DNA of 64,000 nucleotides from Antedon mediterranea. Its lineage: Eukaryota > Animalia > Echinodermata. The translations under genes and the position numbers were made by a program. Shown one piece after another: positions 12,958 to 25,300 of the stretch. The notes under the pieces were generated by a model. That model did not search any database. It had not been told where the DNA came from and saw nothing but the letters and a program-made list of their open reading frames with translations. The stretch's first letter is position 1, and each line of letters starts with the position of its first letter. The stretch lies in the NCBI RefSeq assembly GCF_964355755.1, contig NC_092672.1, positions 20,411,237-20,475,236 of the forward strand. The letters are read 5' to 3'.

Positions 12958-13030
12958 TGGAATACCCGGGCAATGATCCCGGTACATCTCACATGGTAAG
13001 TGAGAGCTCTACCATTTGAGCTAGTCCCCC
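12958..13030 (-). tRNA. tRNA-Ala-derived pseudogene (anticodon now ACC)
   Basis: Reverse complement GGGGGACTAGCTCAAATGGTAGAGCTCTCACTTACCATGTGAGATGTACCGGGATCATTGCCCGGGTATTCCA resembles eukaryotic tRNA-Ala(AGC). G3:U70 retained, T-loop/B-box degenerate, TTTTT just downstream. Confidence 0.7.
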
Positions 13031-14859
13031 AGTTACATATTTAACTGTTTAAAGATGAAAAAAAGCATCGCCATATGCCCTATATATGATTTATTAAATA
13101 TTAAAAAAATATGCAAAATAAAGGGTCACTTCAACATTGATCAGCAGCATTCTGTTACAGTCATTCATCATCTGATGTTGCATCTTCAACATCTTGGTGT
13201 TTGTTGCTTCTTTCACATCATTATCATCATGTTCATCTGTATGGGTGTTGTTGCATGTTTGCACAAAAGTTATGACGTTATGAGGTTAGAGAACATCCAA
13301 GAGTGCATTCTCTTTTAAAACAAGGAATGATCTGGTTTCATGTTTCAAAATGCATTATTTTTACAAATAAAATGGTCTTTAACATTAGGTTTTTGACAAT
13401 CCGGAGTATAATATATGCCATGTACATAGTGTTCCCTGCCAATTGAACATTTCCATGCGAAATGTATATGACCTGAACATTTCATTCTCACACTCACAGT
13501 ATCATAAAGTCTATACATTTCCTAAATTACATAAAATTTCTACTTCTCTGAACAAAAATAATTATCATAATTTCTATAATAAAAATAATGACGTGATTTC
13601 AACAAAAGCACTAATTCGCGTATGTACTGTAATGCGAGTTACAGACGAATAACGCATTTAAATGTATTCATGACATCTACTTATAGGTGACATTTTGTAG
13701 CAATAACTTTTCAACCATAACTAGTATGAGAATTTCAATACGTGTCCCATGATATTCTTTGTTCTATCGAAGTTAAATAAATGATTATTTTGGTTTTTTT
13801 CTTGTATAGTTCATACCCTTACAGGAAAATTTACCCTCAAGGTTACCTGATGATGTGCTATGCCCAAAACATGTTTTAAGGCAGAGTTAAAATTTAGATT
13901 TTTTCTACAGTATTCATATCCTCTGCCTATGTAGCTCTTTGATTTTTAAAGTTTTCAATAAATTAACTTACTTCCGAACATTTTAGGACAAACTGTTGTA
14001 TTAGACTAAATAGAAATGTATATGTTCCAAACAATTTGACACCAAAAGTAATGCTCTACGACAAATATTTCTTGAGATACGGTAAAGAGATATGAATAGG
14101 TCAATAAGAGGTCAATAACCTCACTTCCGGTCATTTTGGGATAAAATATTTCATTACAGCAAATAAAAATATGCATGGTCTGAACAATTTGGGCCTAATC
14201 TTAATTCTCTATGACAAGCCATTACCGAGATATGATAAGACCAGGTCAAAGGTCAAACTGCCAGAAACTGTAGTAGCGGCCATTTTTTTGACAAAATGTT
14301 CTGTTAGAGCAAATAGGAATGTATTGTGAACTATTTGACACCAAAATCGATACTCTACAACAAGCGGTTACAAAGTTATAGACCAATTTAAAATGGCAGC
14401 CATTTTGGACGCCATCTTGGATTTCTCGGTGAGCACAAAGAGGATTTTTCGGGACTTTTAGTATGATGTTCCAATCATAGTTCTCGACCTTTCCTGAAAA
14501 AAATTAGCTTGTTACCAGAAATTTCCGGGTCAAACCCTAATGCTCTTGGACTATATTGGTTTTATTATATCGTGTATTCTGTTCAGCTAGTAATGGAAGA
14601 TGAGGAATGTACAATATTTAGTAATTTAATGCATACAGCCAGTAACCTCGATGTCTTTGCTCAATTGTGCTTTTACAGTGTGTCGGTAGTTACACTGCAT
14701 GTAAAATATTCGACCTGGGTTCAGTTAGAGATAAGTAACGATATTTAATTTGGTCCAGTGTTATTAGTGTAACAATTTTAAATTTGACTTGGGCAGTTAT
14801 AGTAAAATAATGTGCAATAATTGATACAGTAGTCGATCCATTATGGATAAGTAACAATA

Positions 14860-14945
14860 TTTATTTATTTTTATTTATTTATTCGACTTCTCACTAACTC
14901 ATCTGGATCAACAGGTGGTAAACACCTCTAAAACGGCCCAGTCGT
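14860..14945 (-). mobile_element. Short 5'-truncated retroelement 3' end inserted in the right TIR only
   Basis: (ttta)n tail plus ~65 bp absent from the equivalent left-TIR subrepeat. Confidence 0.5.
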
Positions 14946-17599
14946 TAATTTGGTCCTGAGTATGTTGCAGATATCACTGTCTAATGTTAGTACAGTAACA
15001 ATTTTAAATTTGACTTGGGCAGTTAGAGTAAAATAATGTTCAGTAATCAATACAGTAGTCGATCCATTATGGATAAGTAACGATATTTAATTCGATTCAG
15101 TTTGTTGCGTTTTATCAGATATCACTTTCTTATGTTAGTAAAATAATGTCCAATAATCAATACAGTAGTTGATCCATTGTGGATAAGTAACGATATTTAA
15201 TTTGGTTCAGTATTATTAATATTAATTAATGTTGCCTTTTATCAGATATCACTGTCTAATGTTAGTACAGTAACAATTAAAAGTTTGACTTTGGTTCAGT
15301 TAAAGTAAAACAATGTGCAGTAATCGATACATTAGTCGATCCATTATGGACAAGTAACGATGTTTAAAATGTTGGCAGATTAAGTTTTTTGTTGGTTTTT
15401 ATCAGTCTAATTCACATGAAAACAGTTACTTTTTTAAAATTAAAATTGAGTTAAAAATACAGTAATAGTGTGCAATCGATAGTCTAATCTATACCTTACA
15501 AATTCTCTAAGTGATTATGTTGAATTCGTACTATTATTTACTTTACTATTATTTATGTTATGTTGAAAAATGTTGCAAATTTAGATTTCGTTGCCTTTTT
15601 TCATATAGACATATCACTATAGTGTCTAGTGTGTAATTAAAACAATATTTAAATCGAGTTATAATAATAATGTACAATAATAGGTACCGGTGTCGATCAT
15701 TATGAGTGTAATTATTTAGTTTATTTGAAAAATATTCTTAAATTATATTATTTTGATCGAAATAATGATTTTGATATAAAATTGATTGTTCAAAATGTTA
15801 CCCTAAAATACAAATCTGCTGTTGGTTATTTTAAGTGTTTTGGTTGGTGTTATTTATTATTCCAAAATAAAGATATATTTCAATTATAAAATAAAAATCA
15901 CTCGTTATCGTGAATGTGTTTGTATTATCGACATTGTTGATCACGAATGGAGCCTCGGGCATTTGAGCTGCTGTGTACCGGATAAAGTGAAAAAAAACAA
16001 CATTTTTTTTAAAAATGATTCATACTTCATGGATAAACCCATTTTGGGCGAGTTCCTAAGAGTTTGATGTTTGATGATTTGGTACAGCAAACAACTGCAC
16101 TCTTTATTTATTGTTTTATCATTCTACTGTGTATTTATTGTCAGTCCGAGTCCGTATCACGTATTTCTAACTCAGCTGAACGCCATAAGACGACATACGC
16201 GCCGAGTATATAGCCGAATAGGGGGAAACTGCAGACCTTTAGGGCTGCTGTCTGAGCTTATGTACAGGATAAAGTTGCTGTCATTGGTGTTTTTGTCATC
16301 CCCAATATGTACTGCTACCATTACAAAAAGATTCAACCTTGTATCGCTTCACATGAATAAACCCATTTGGGCGTGGCCCTAAAATGTTGCTGTTTGGCGC
16401 CCCGTACAGGATAAAGTTGCTGTCATTGGTGATGTAATCATTAGTAGCCCACTGCGAATGATATCCAAAAAAGTTTATCCTTGTATCGCTTTACATGAAT
16501 AAAGGCATTTTATCCCCTTATGTTATGATCCCCACAGGCCCTATGTACAGGCTGTGACCCGGCAGCAATGTCGAATATTGCATCTCACCCTAATACGCAC
16601 CTAACTACATCATCAAACCTTTTGTATCTTTTCACATGAATAAATCTTCCGGGCGCCCGGTCTACTGATATGAGATGACAAAATATTTTTTTATTTGTAT
16701 TATTTTTGTAGCTGGTGATAATTCTTAAAAGTATTGATAGTCCGGTGGCAGGAGGGGGAAATCACCACCCGAATGGGGATAAATTGCCATCCAACTTTTC
16801 TAGACCAGAATTTTCCGTAGCTTACGAATCTGGAAGGTAATCGATCATGATAGGAAGCGTTTTTGAGATAAAAGGTGTCAAAGTTTAAAAAAAATATCAA
16901 ATCTGATTGCAAATGTGCTATGGCATTATTAAATGTCGTAACATTATTACCGATAATATTACAACAAGAGTACCTATAACACAAATTATATCTATATTTT
17001 TTAAATTTATACTAACAAATATCTTTTTTTAATATTATAATAATAATAATAATATATCAAAAAATTATTAAATAATATTTATCGCATAATATACAATCTA
17101 CGATAATTTAATTAATTGATATAAGAAAATGTATTAAATAAATAACATTATTTGAATAAAAGAACAAATCACACATCTACACATAATCAAACATCGTATA
17201 GGCCTACTCTATCTCTAACAATTTTTTCAATCTTCTATCGACTAAAGCCGAAGTATAGTCGTTATCTCGGAACCGTTCTATGGTTACCATCAGGTAGGCT
17301 TACTTCATCAAAGCTTCTATGAATGGATGTACTGGTTGGGAGCAGAAAAACTAGTAGACCATACCCAGTACCGTTTTGATTACGATCAATCGGGGAAATT
17401 ACCTCACGACTAAATTCACAAATGCATGATATAAATTACAAATTTACAGGCATATTTCTATTCCTCATAATTGATTAATTACAAAGATTATTGGTACTAC
17501 AGTATAATGCTTCAATAATATAAACAATTGGGATTATAAACCACATGTTTAAAATAAGATAATTCAACTGTACCAAAAACATGATCAGCTGCTGTCTAG

Positions 17600-17815
17600 T
17601 GTGTGGGTGTGTGTGTGACTGATCAACAGGCTTCTGGAAACCTAAACAGAATTGTCCTTTTCCCCCATTTATCACTAAAATAAAATATGTTTTTACTGGC
17701 CATACAGATGCCTCCAATCAGTCAGTCACATCCAATATTAGCGTGACATGGCTTGACTCATGTTTTCTAGGAAAAATAAATTATATTATGATGAACTGTG
17801 CAATAAGTAATTGAC
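17600..17815 (+). repeat. Diverged duplicate of ~2560-2770 (death-fold locus flank)
   Basis: Shared aaacagaat.gtcc.ttt...tttttactggccataca.atgcctc.aatcag...tatgatgaa.ctgtgcaata. Confidence 0.6.
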
Positions 17816-18507
17816 TGTTGACTTTCTGTAACTGTGTTTGTTGTATATATATTGTCCATGTCTATGAGTCTTTTGTGCTTTGGTGGCTATCACAAAATTT
17901 CACATGAGAAATATGTGTAAACCCACTCTATATTATTTCATTGGTATAGCTTTTTTTCAATCTTTTTTATTATTGACCTGACAAAAATTGTAAACTTCTT
18001 TACAAGACTTGTACAATGTAAAGTAAAATGTTGTGGTTAATCACTGCTGATGCTTGAAACTTAAAAAATATTATTATTATTATTGGTGGAGTTGCTTCAT
18101 AAATTCATATTTCATATTCTATTTTAATAAATGATATACAATATTATTAACTTTTTTGTATTCTATTTTTGTTTTGTTTTGTTTGTTTCCAATAGGGTAA
18201 AAAAGAATTTTATAGAAAAACAACACAACATTGAAATCTGAAAATGCATGAGACATAAAAATCACAAATCATATTCCTGAGAATTATTTTTATTTACTAT
18301 AACTATATTGTTAGTTTTACACGATTTGTTTATAATAAAATTTAATATGAGGATAATTTCATATTCATAAAGTTTACTCATGCATGAAAGCAAAATCAAA
18401 GATGACAGAGCTCCATAAAGACTCTGAATTCTTGTTGTTTGTATACGATGGTACAAATATATAAACAATTGAAAATTCTATTACTGCAATCTGAAACAGA
18501 AAAACTA

Positions 18508-19100
18508 TGTGACTGAGAACATCTTTCTTTCTGTGTCATCCATCTTCATTTTTTTTTGTACCATACAGTAGACCATTTGCAGTGTTTGAGACTAAAGGTT
18601 ATAGCCTAACTGGACCATGATACAGCAAACCAAGTAACACAATACGTGACTGAGAACTACGTAACTGAGAACATCTTTCTTTCTGTGTCATCCATCTTCA
18701 TTTTTTTTTGTACCATACAGTAGACCATTTGCAGCGATTGAGACTAAAGGTTATAGCCTAACTGGACCATGATACAACAAACCAAGTAACACAATACGTG
18801 ACTGAGAACTACGTAACTGAGAACATCTTTCTTTCTGTGTCATCCATCTTCATTTTTCTTTGTACTATACACAAGACCATTTGCAGTGTTTGAGACTTAA
18901 GGTTATAGCCTAACTGGACCATGATACAGCAAACCAAGTAACACAATACGTGACTGAGAACTACATAACTGAGAACATCTTTCTTTCTGTGTCATCCATC
19001 TTCATTATTCTTTGTACCATACAGTAGACCATTTGCAGCGATTGAGACTAAAGGTTATAGCCTAACTGGACCATGATACAGCAAACCAAGTAACACAATA
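18508..19100 (-). repeat. 152-bp tandem repeat (~4 copies) containing the MYO19 stop codon and last ~14 codons
   Basis: Anchor at 18591, 18743, 18895 and 19047; each unit carries the reverse complement of IVLLGLLYHGPVRL*. Confidence 0.92.
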
Positions 19101-19771
19101 CCAAAAGCTATATCAACTGCAGGAGTTGTTGCAACTTGCACAAACTTGTTAATGATGGTAGTAGTTCCTTGATTTACAGGCTCCCCTTCAACACGTCTAC
19201 CATTCTGGTGCTCACTAACTATTGGTTTATGTGTAGCACATTGTTCATCTGAGCTCTTCTTTTGAGATATTTCATCTTTCTTTTGTTCAATGTTAACTAT
19301 TGTATTTCCCTCACTTCTACCACTATTACAGTTCAGGTTACCATTTTCATGAAATTGTATTCTAGAATTGTTATTTAGATTTTCTGGTTCTTCAATTTCA
19401 TTGATGCTTTTATCGGTAAACTTATCTCTCTTGTCCTGATCTTCAACTTCTTTACTGGTAAACTTATCTCTCTTGTCTTTAACTTCTTTGCTGCCTTTAC
19501 TGGTAAATTTATCTCTCTTGTCTTCAACTTCTTTGCTATCTTTACTGGTAAACTTATCTCTCTTTTCTTCAACTTCTTTGCTACCTTTACTGGTAAACTT
19601 ATCTCCCTTGTCTTCAACTTCTTTGGTACCATTGATTGAACTAATCACTGACAGGTTACTGTCATGAGGTTCATTATCCAGTGATACTGCTGACAGTGTA
19701 CCTTCTGTTAATATGCTATTGTTTTGTTGTGATTGTTCATCATTGCATTCTTGCACATCAGAATCAGCAAA
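19055..19771 (-). CDS. MYO19: MYO19 last exon: acidic tail with 14-aa repeats and hydrophobic C-terminus
   Basis: Acceptor ttttaccag, phase 0 after ...NSDE; 42-bp coding repeat KEVEDKRDKFTSKGS; ends AVDIAFGIVLLGLLYHGPVRL*. Confidence 0.75.
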   Translation of the reverse strand, partial: FADSDVQECNDEQSQQNNSILTEGTLSAVSLDNEPHDSNLSVISSINGTKEVEDKGDKFTSKGSKEVEEKRDKFTSKDSKEVEDKRDKFTSKGSKEVKDKRDKFTSKEVEDQDKRDKFTDKSINEIEEPENLNNNSRIQFHENGNLNCNSGRSEGNTIVNIEQKKDEISQKKSSDEQCATHKPIVSEHQNGRRVEGEPVNQGTTTIINKFVQVATTPAVDIAFGIVLLGLLYHGPVRL

Positions 19772-20107
19772 CTGGTAAAAATAAATGTTAAATTTTTATT
19801 AAATTGTATTAAAAATCATAAACTGAATGTTTATGATTTGAATATGGAGAATATTTCATGAAAATTAACTGATTGACCATTTAATGAGGTGGAACCAAGC
19901 ACAGGTAATCTCTCAGTAAATGAATATATACTCTATTCAACATTATTAGTTTTATAACACAGTACATATGATGATGTGTTAATTTAACATCATTAAAGTA
20001 AGTACATGTAAATGAGGATGTGTTAGTGATGAAAGAACATACTTCACATTGTAAAGTTTGTTGGTGCAGCGAAGATTGAAAATTGCGAGTTTTACGTAAA
20101 AGCCTAC

Positions 20108-20250
20108 CTCGTCTGAATTCAATTCATTTAATTGTTCATCTAACTTGCGTTGGTGTAAACGAATTGAATATCCAATCATAGCATACTGTATGACACGTGC
20201 TGCCTCATGTCGTCTCTTTACATCTTCTCTCACCTTCCAGCCTCTAAAAC
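20108..20250 (-). CDS. MYO19: MYO19 exon (IQ motifs)
   Basis: GFRGWKVR...AARVIQYAM; AG/GT boundaries. Confidence 0.85.
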
Positions 20251-20349
20251 CTACAACATATCAATTATAATTAGTGACAATTAGTGGCTTGGTTTGGTAA
20301 CAGCATAATGCCTGCAAGATATTTGTCAAAACACTATTACAATCAATAC

Positions 20350-20476
20350 CTGCTTGAATGATGACCACAACTGCCTCTTGTTTACTTTTGGTTGCCAGGA
20401 TCTTCCTCCAGCATATCTGTATTACACCAGCACTTAAATTGAATTCCTTCAATCTTGCAACTTCAAGTTTATCCAA
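20350..20476 (-). CDS. MYO19: MYO19 exon (lever arm/IQ)
   Basis: LDKLEVAR...AGVIQICWRK...IIQA; AG/GT boundaries. Confidence 0.85.
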
Positions 20477-21184
20477 CTAAATGAAAAATAACGGAATATA
20501 ATAAATATACAATGATGCAGATTCTTACTAACTTTTTTACACTAACAAGCTAAAAACTAAAAGCTAAAAGTATTATAATTTGGTGCTACAACTTTTTCAT
20601 GTTATAGATAGCAATCTTACTGATTTTCAATGACTTACACACACATTTAAATGGGTAATAAGTTTTAATAAAATGGTATTTTTAAATTGTGTCAAATTGA
20701 TTGTTCTTTTGATTTATATTTATATACTTTTTTGAAAAAGAAAAATGCCTCAATTTTACATAATTATTTAGTCAATTTTGGTGAATTTCCTATCTTATAC
20801 TACAAAAATATTCCTATAGCATTACTTTTAAAAATAAAGGTTTATTTCACGACACTCATTCAGCTCTACTGCAAAGGTTTATATTATACAGATATTGCCT
20901 GCTTAGAGGTGAAATATAACAATTGACATCCCCAAGGGAATGATATTTTTCTCGAGGAACTATATATTACATCTGTTATATTAGAATATGTAGCAAAGTT
21001 TAAGTAGACTTGGCTGGGTCGGCTAGCCTAGTTCACCTTACTTTGGCGAAAAATGACCGTATAAAGTCAAATAATTGCTAATGATTCCTTTGCCATAAAA
21101 TATTCACTTAAACTAATTAAAATTTAATTTATTCTACTGCAAATATAAAATAATTAAATTTATTATTAAACTACTTTTAAGTAC

Positions 21185-21374
21185 ATGTCCCTCTCTTAAG
21201 AATATCTTTGTTTTTCCAAACAAAAAGCTTTTCAATTTATTTTCTTTGTCTGCTTCAGCTAAAACCAGATTCGTAATAACAGCACATTTACTTTTTGTAT
21301 CCAAATCTTTGATATCTTCTGAGTTTGACCTTATTAATAATTCATACCTCTTAAGAAAATCACTGTACAACATT
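21185..21374 (-). CDS. MYO19: MYO19 exon (converter)
   Basis: MLYSDFLKRY...FGKTKIFLREGH. Confidence 0.88.
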
Positions 21375-21419
21375 CTATAAGAAAATTGTCATTATCATTC
21401 AGAATCAAGTATAACAAAC

Positions 21420-21890
21420 AACACACTGGCAATTAGTATGTTAGTAGGTGTTCAACATGTACAGTATGCACAGGGATATATATAGTATATATTATAAACA
21501 TCACACTGGCAAGTATGTTGGTAGGTGTTCAACATGTGCAGTATGTACAGGGATATATATAGTATATATTATAAACCACACACTGGCAAGTATGTTAGTA
21601 GGTGTTCAACATGTACAGTATGCACAGGAATATATATAGTATATATTATAAACAACACACTGGCAAGTATGTTGGTAGGTGTTTAACATGTGCAGTATGT
21701 ACAGGGATATAGTATATATTATAAACATCACACTGGCAAGTATGTTAGTAGGTGTTCAACATGTACAGTATGCACAGGAATATATATAGTATATATTATA
21801 AACATCACACTGGCAAGTATGTTAGTAGGTGTTCAACATGTACAGTATGCACAGGGATATATATAGTATTTATTATAAACATCACAGGCA
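21420..21890. repeat. ~75-bp tandem repeat, ~6 copies
   Basis: Unit ataaacatcacactggcaagtatgttagtaggtgttcaacatgtacagtatgcacagggatatatatagtatatatt. Confidence 0.9.
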
Positions 21891-22180
21891 CAGAATAAAT
21901 TCTATATCGCCCGGTGATATACTGAAATTCAATTAATTAATTTGAAACGATGAAGATGAGGAAATCTGTGAGAATGAGAAAAAGTCGCCTCCATCAAGAT
22001 TCAAACCCGGAACCTTCTGCTTGATGTCCTAACCATTAGACCACTGGGGCTTTCATGGTATTGTTCAAACTCGATTGGATCGTCGTGGTAAGGCGGTATA
22101 GCACTAGTCCCTCAGTTGTACGCACACGCATCAGAGATCAAATTGATACGCCCTCATCTTTCAGTATATATATACATATA
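21872..22180 (-). mobile_element. Dispersed repeat with internal tRNA-like A/B-box segment, bounded by (TA)n
   Basis: Minus strand ccccagTGGTCTAATGGttaggac...GGTTTGAATC...ttttt; its 3' ~100 bp recur at ~46312-46412 (+). Confidence 0.55.
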
Positions 22181-22313
22181 TATAAATCCAAAGGCAAATT
22201 ACTGAATAAAATGACAATGCTGTGGGTATCAGTGGCTGGATCTCAATGGAGATACAAAAATAAAAAGCGAAAAGCTAAATCAAAACGATAAAGTAAACAG
22301 CCAGAAAAGTTAG

Positions 22314-22350
22314 CAGAGCTTTCGGGCAACACTAGCCCTTCATCAGTGCA
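22314..22350 (-). ncRNA. Minimal type I hammerhead ribozyme motif (Penelope/retrozyme type)
   Basis: Minus strand GCA-CTGATGA-A-GGGC-TAGTGTT-GCCC-GAAAGCT-C-TGC: intact core, paired stems I and II, palindromic AGCT stem III. Confidence 0.75.
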
Positions 22351-22364
22351 ATACCTATATATAC

Positions 22365-25300
22365 CCGTATATTTCGGTGTATAAGTCGCACTTTTGACAC
22401 GCAAATTTGACCTCTAAATTAAGGGTGCGTCTTATACACCGAACATAAATGCCTCACCACACAGATTGTACATAGGCCTAGGCTATCGTAACCTCGTTTT
22501 CTAGGCCTGAGTAGGCTAGGCCTAGCTACAGTAACTAACTAACGTAACGGCAACCTGCTTCTGCCTAATTTTTAAGTCATTTTAGCATGATGTTATACTA
22601 AATATGATGAAAAGATTTGTTAATTATGGCGCTCCGATAAAATTTCATTTGTAAACGTTTACGTACGATTGGAATAGTATTTATTTATACAGTAGTTATA
22701 CGCACAATCGCCGTACCCCAAGCTCAAGCCCTTCTTTTGGTGCCACATGGTGTACGGTATTCGGCTAGGGGTGCTGGTCAACCCGTACCCAAACCAACCC
22801 GTACCCATGCCAACTCGTACCCAACTTGGCTAACCCGTACCCAAATAATTGGTCAACTCGTACCCACTTTGGCTAACCCGTACCCAAACCAACCCGTACC
22901 CATGCCAACTCGTACCTAAATATTTGGCTTACTCGTACCCAAGTATTTGGCTTACTCGTACCCATTTTTTGGCTTACCCGTACCCATTTTTGGCTTACTC
23001 GTACCCATTATTTGGCCTACTCGTACCCAATTTGAATAATTACTTGTAATGATTTGATCGGCGTAAAACTAGTGGTATGCTTTTGCCGTATGAATATTTT
23101 TATATTTAAATTGTTTTTTTATTTTACATACAGGTCTCGGTGAAATGTGTGCTAATAAAAATGACCATTGATTTGATTGTAGACTTCGTTTAATTAGGCA
23201 TATATTTGTTAACATTTATTTAAATCTAGTATTATAGTTTTATAAACGTATGTTTATTTTATTTTATTTATTTTATTTTCAATCTTTCTACATAGCAAAA
23301 AAACAAACATATAAGTATAACAGGAGAGTAGCGGAAAAGCAAAAGTGTAAAACTGTCATCTTGTGATGTGCTTGACCAGCCCCTGTCAACTTGAACGATA
23401 CAATAAAACCGACATTTAACAAATTTAGAAAAATACATAGAAAAATAAGGTATAATAAAATGTTAACAAAAGTGTTATAAAAATGCAATTGCTATCTGAA
23501 CAATCTGATTGTGTAAAAGTTAAAAATTCTGATTGTATAAAAGTTAAAAATTCTGATTGAATAAAAGTTAAAAATTATGAATGTATAAAAGTTAAAAATT
23601 CTGATTGTATAAAAGTTAAATTCTGATTGTATAAAAGTTAAAAATTCTGATTGTATAAAAGTTAAAAATTCTGATTGTGTGTCTTTTTTATTTACGTAAG
23701 AGAACATTAATTAATAAAAAAATATTTTAACAACACCCTGTTTTAAGCGAAAAGCCTGCCGGGCTATGGGGTCGAATTACTCGTAGATTTCGTGTTACGT
23801 GTTTTTTCTGACCGGGATTAACCTTTTATTATAAAAAACACGCATTTATAGGGCCGGCGTCAAAGAGACGACTTAGTAATGACGTATGATCATTTTCCAT
23901 ATATTTTATTTATTAATAATTCAGTGAAATGATCATAATATACACGTACTGTCGTACTGTAGCCTAAGGCAATTAAACATTTTGGCAGATTTTCTTCTAT
24001 AACAGCTACGTGTTTTTGCTGAATGGGGATTCCTCTTTATTATTAAAAAAAAAAACGCATTTGTACGGGTCCATTTGTAGTGTGTCCAAAAGGTTCAATG
24101 TGGCGTATGATCGTTTTCTATTTATTTTTTTTCTTAAATAATTCAGTAAAATTATCTGTTTGTTTACGGTAATTAAACATTTTTGGTAGATATTTCCTCA
24201 ATAACTTACAGCTACGTGTTTTTGCTGACGAGGGATTCCCTTTTTTAAAAAAAAATACGCATTCTATAATGTGTCAAATAAGACAAATGAAATGAACTAC
24301 GATCGTTTTTCCATGGCAACGGATGTCGTCTTATTTACTAAAATAATATAAACGTTCTGAAGGCCTACCTACACGTGTCTGAGTTCTTACGTATCTGTCA
24401 GCGATAAGATGATTTTTTTAAGTTTTAGTAGTATTTATTTCGGTTTTTAGTCATAATAATACAGTAATAATCATTATAAAATGAAAACGTAATAACAGCA
24501 AATGTCGTCGTTTGTAATTAAATGTTAAATTATTGGAGGTTAGTACAGTAGTTACCTTTTATTATTACTCTCACATCCGTCATTGTATACTAGATAAACG
24601 GCAATAATCTAATCTACTACTAAATGCTCATAGCAGCAATGAGGCTGGTATCCACTTAAATAGTTTCGTGATTTTAAAATACGAGTGACTATTTAAAAAT
24701 GTATTAAATATTTTCGAAATGTTAAAACAGTTTAATATTTTCCAAAACTTGCAAAACAAAACAACAAAAACCATTCGTTTTAAAACGATTTTCAAAAAGC
24801 ACATTACTTCATTATCTGTAAAATAAAATGAAAATACAAATTATGTATAAAAGATATTTATGTTTACTTTTAATAATTCAAGTTTTCATCATCACAGACT
24901 AGTGGGTATTTCAATTTCCGTGTACTACTATTCGTAGAAAATAATAGATTAATAACTCATAAATGAAAAAAAAATAGAATGCAGCACAGCCGACCACTGA
25001 CATCTTCCACAGAGCCATATAAAACAGCGCCCTCAAGTATTAACTTTACCAAATACGACGTACGCAAATACGATGAAAGCTGTGCTTTTTACGTACGAGT
25101 CTGTACATATTATTATACATTTTAGGTCAATAGTTTTTGCCATTATAATATCGAACATATGATTGGTATCTAAAAATTTAATAAAACTGGGTTTAAATGT
25201 AATATAAATATACTTTAAATAGCATTAAACTTGGGTACGGGCCAGCCAATGATGGGTACGGGTCAGCCAATGATGGGTACGGGTCAGCCAAAATTTTGGG

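Larger units (their letters stand above)
11533..14553. mobile_element. Non-autonomous Academ-type element inserted into the outer element's right TIR
   Basis: Ends TAGTCCAAGAGCAT...ATGCTCTTGGACTA; TSD TAT (11530-11532, 14554-14556); ~700-bp TIRs (11533-~12245 and ~13845-14553). Removing it restores gcccctattggtttt, the reverse complement of left-TIR 6471-6485. Confidence 0.88.
4214..16664 (-). mobile_element. Academ-type DNA transposon (defective) with ~2.35-kb terminal inverted repeats
   Basis: Ends TAGACCGGGCGCCCGG...CCGGGCGCCCGGTCTA; 3-bp TSD CTG (4211-4213, 16665-16667). Left TIR 4214-~6564 pairs with ~11447-11532 plus 14557-16664. Internal transposase remnant on the minus strand. Confidence 0.85.

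Noticed and set aside
4213-16666. Polinton/Maverick (long TIRs, ~12 kb, right end ...TCTACT)
   Set aside because: No pPolB, integrase or capsid ORFs and no 6-bp TSD. TAG/CTA ends, the 3-bp TSD and the transposase relic fit Academ.
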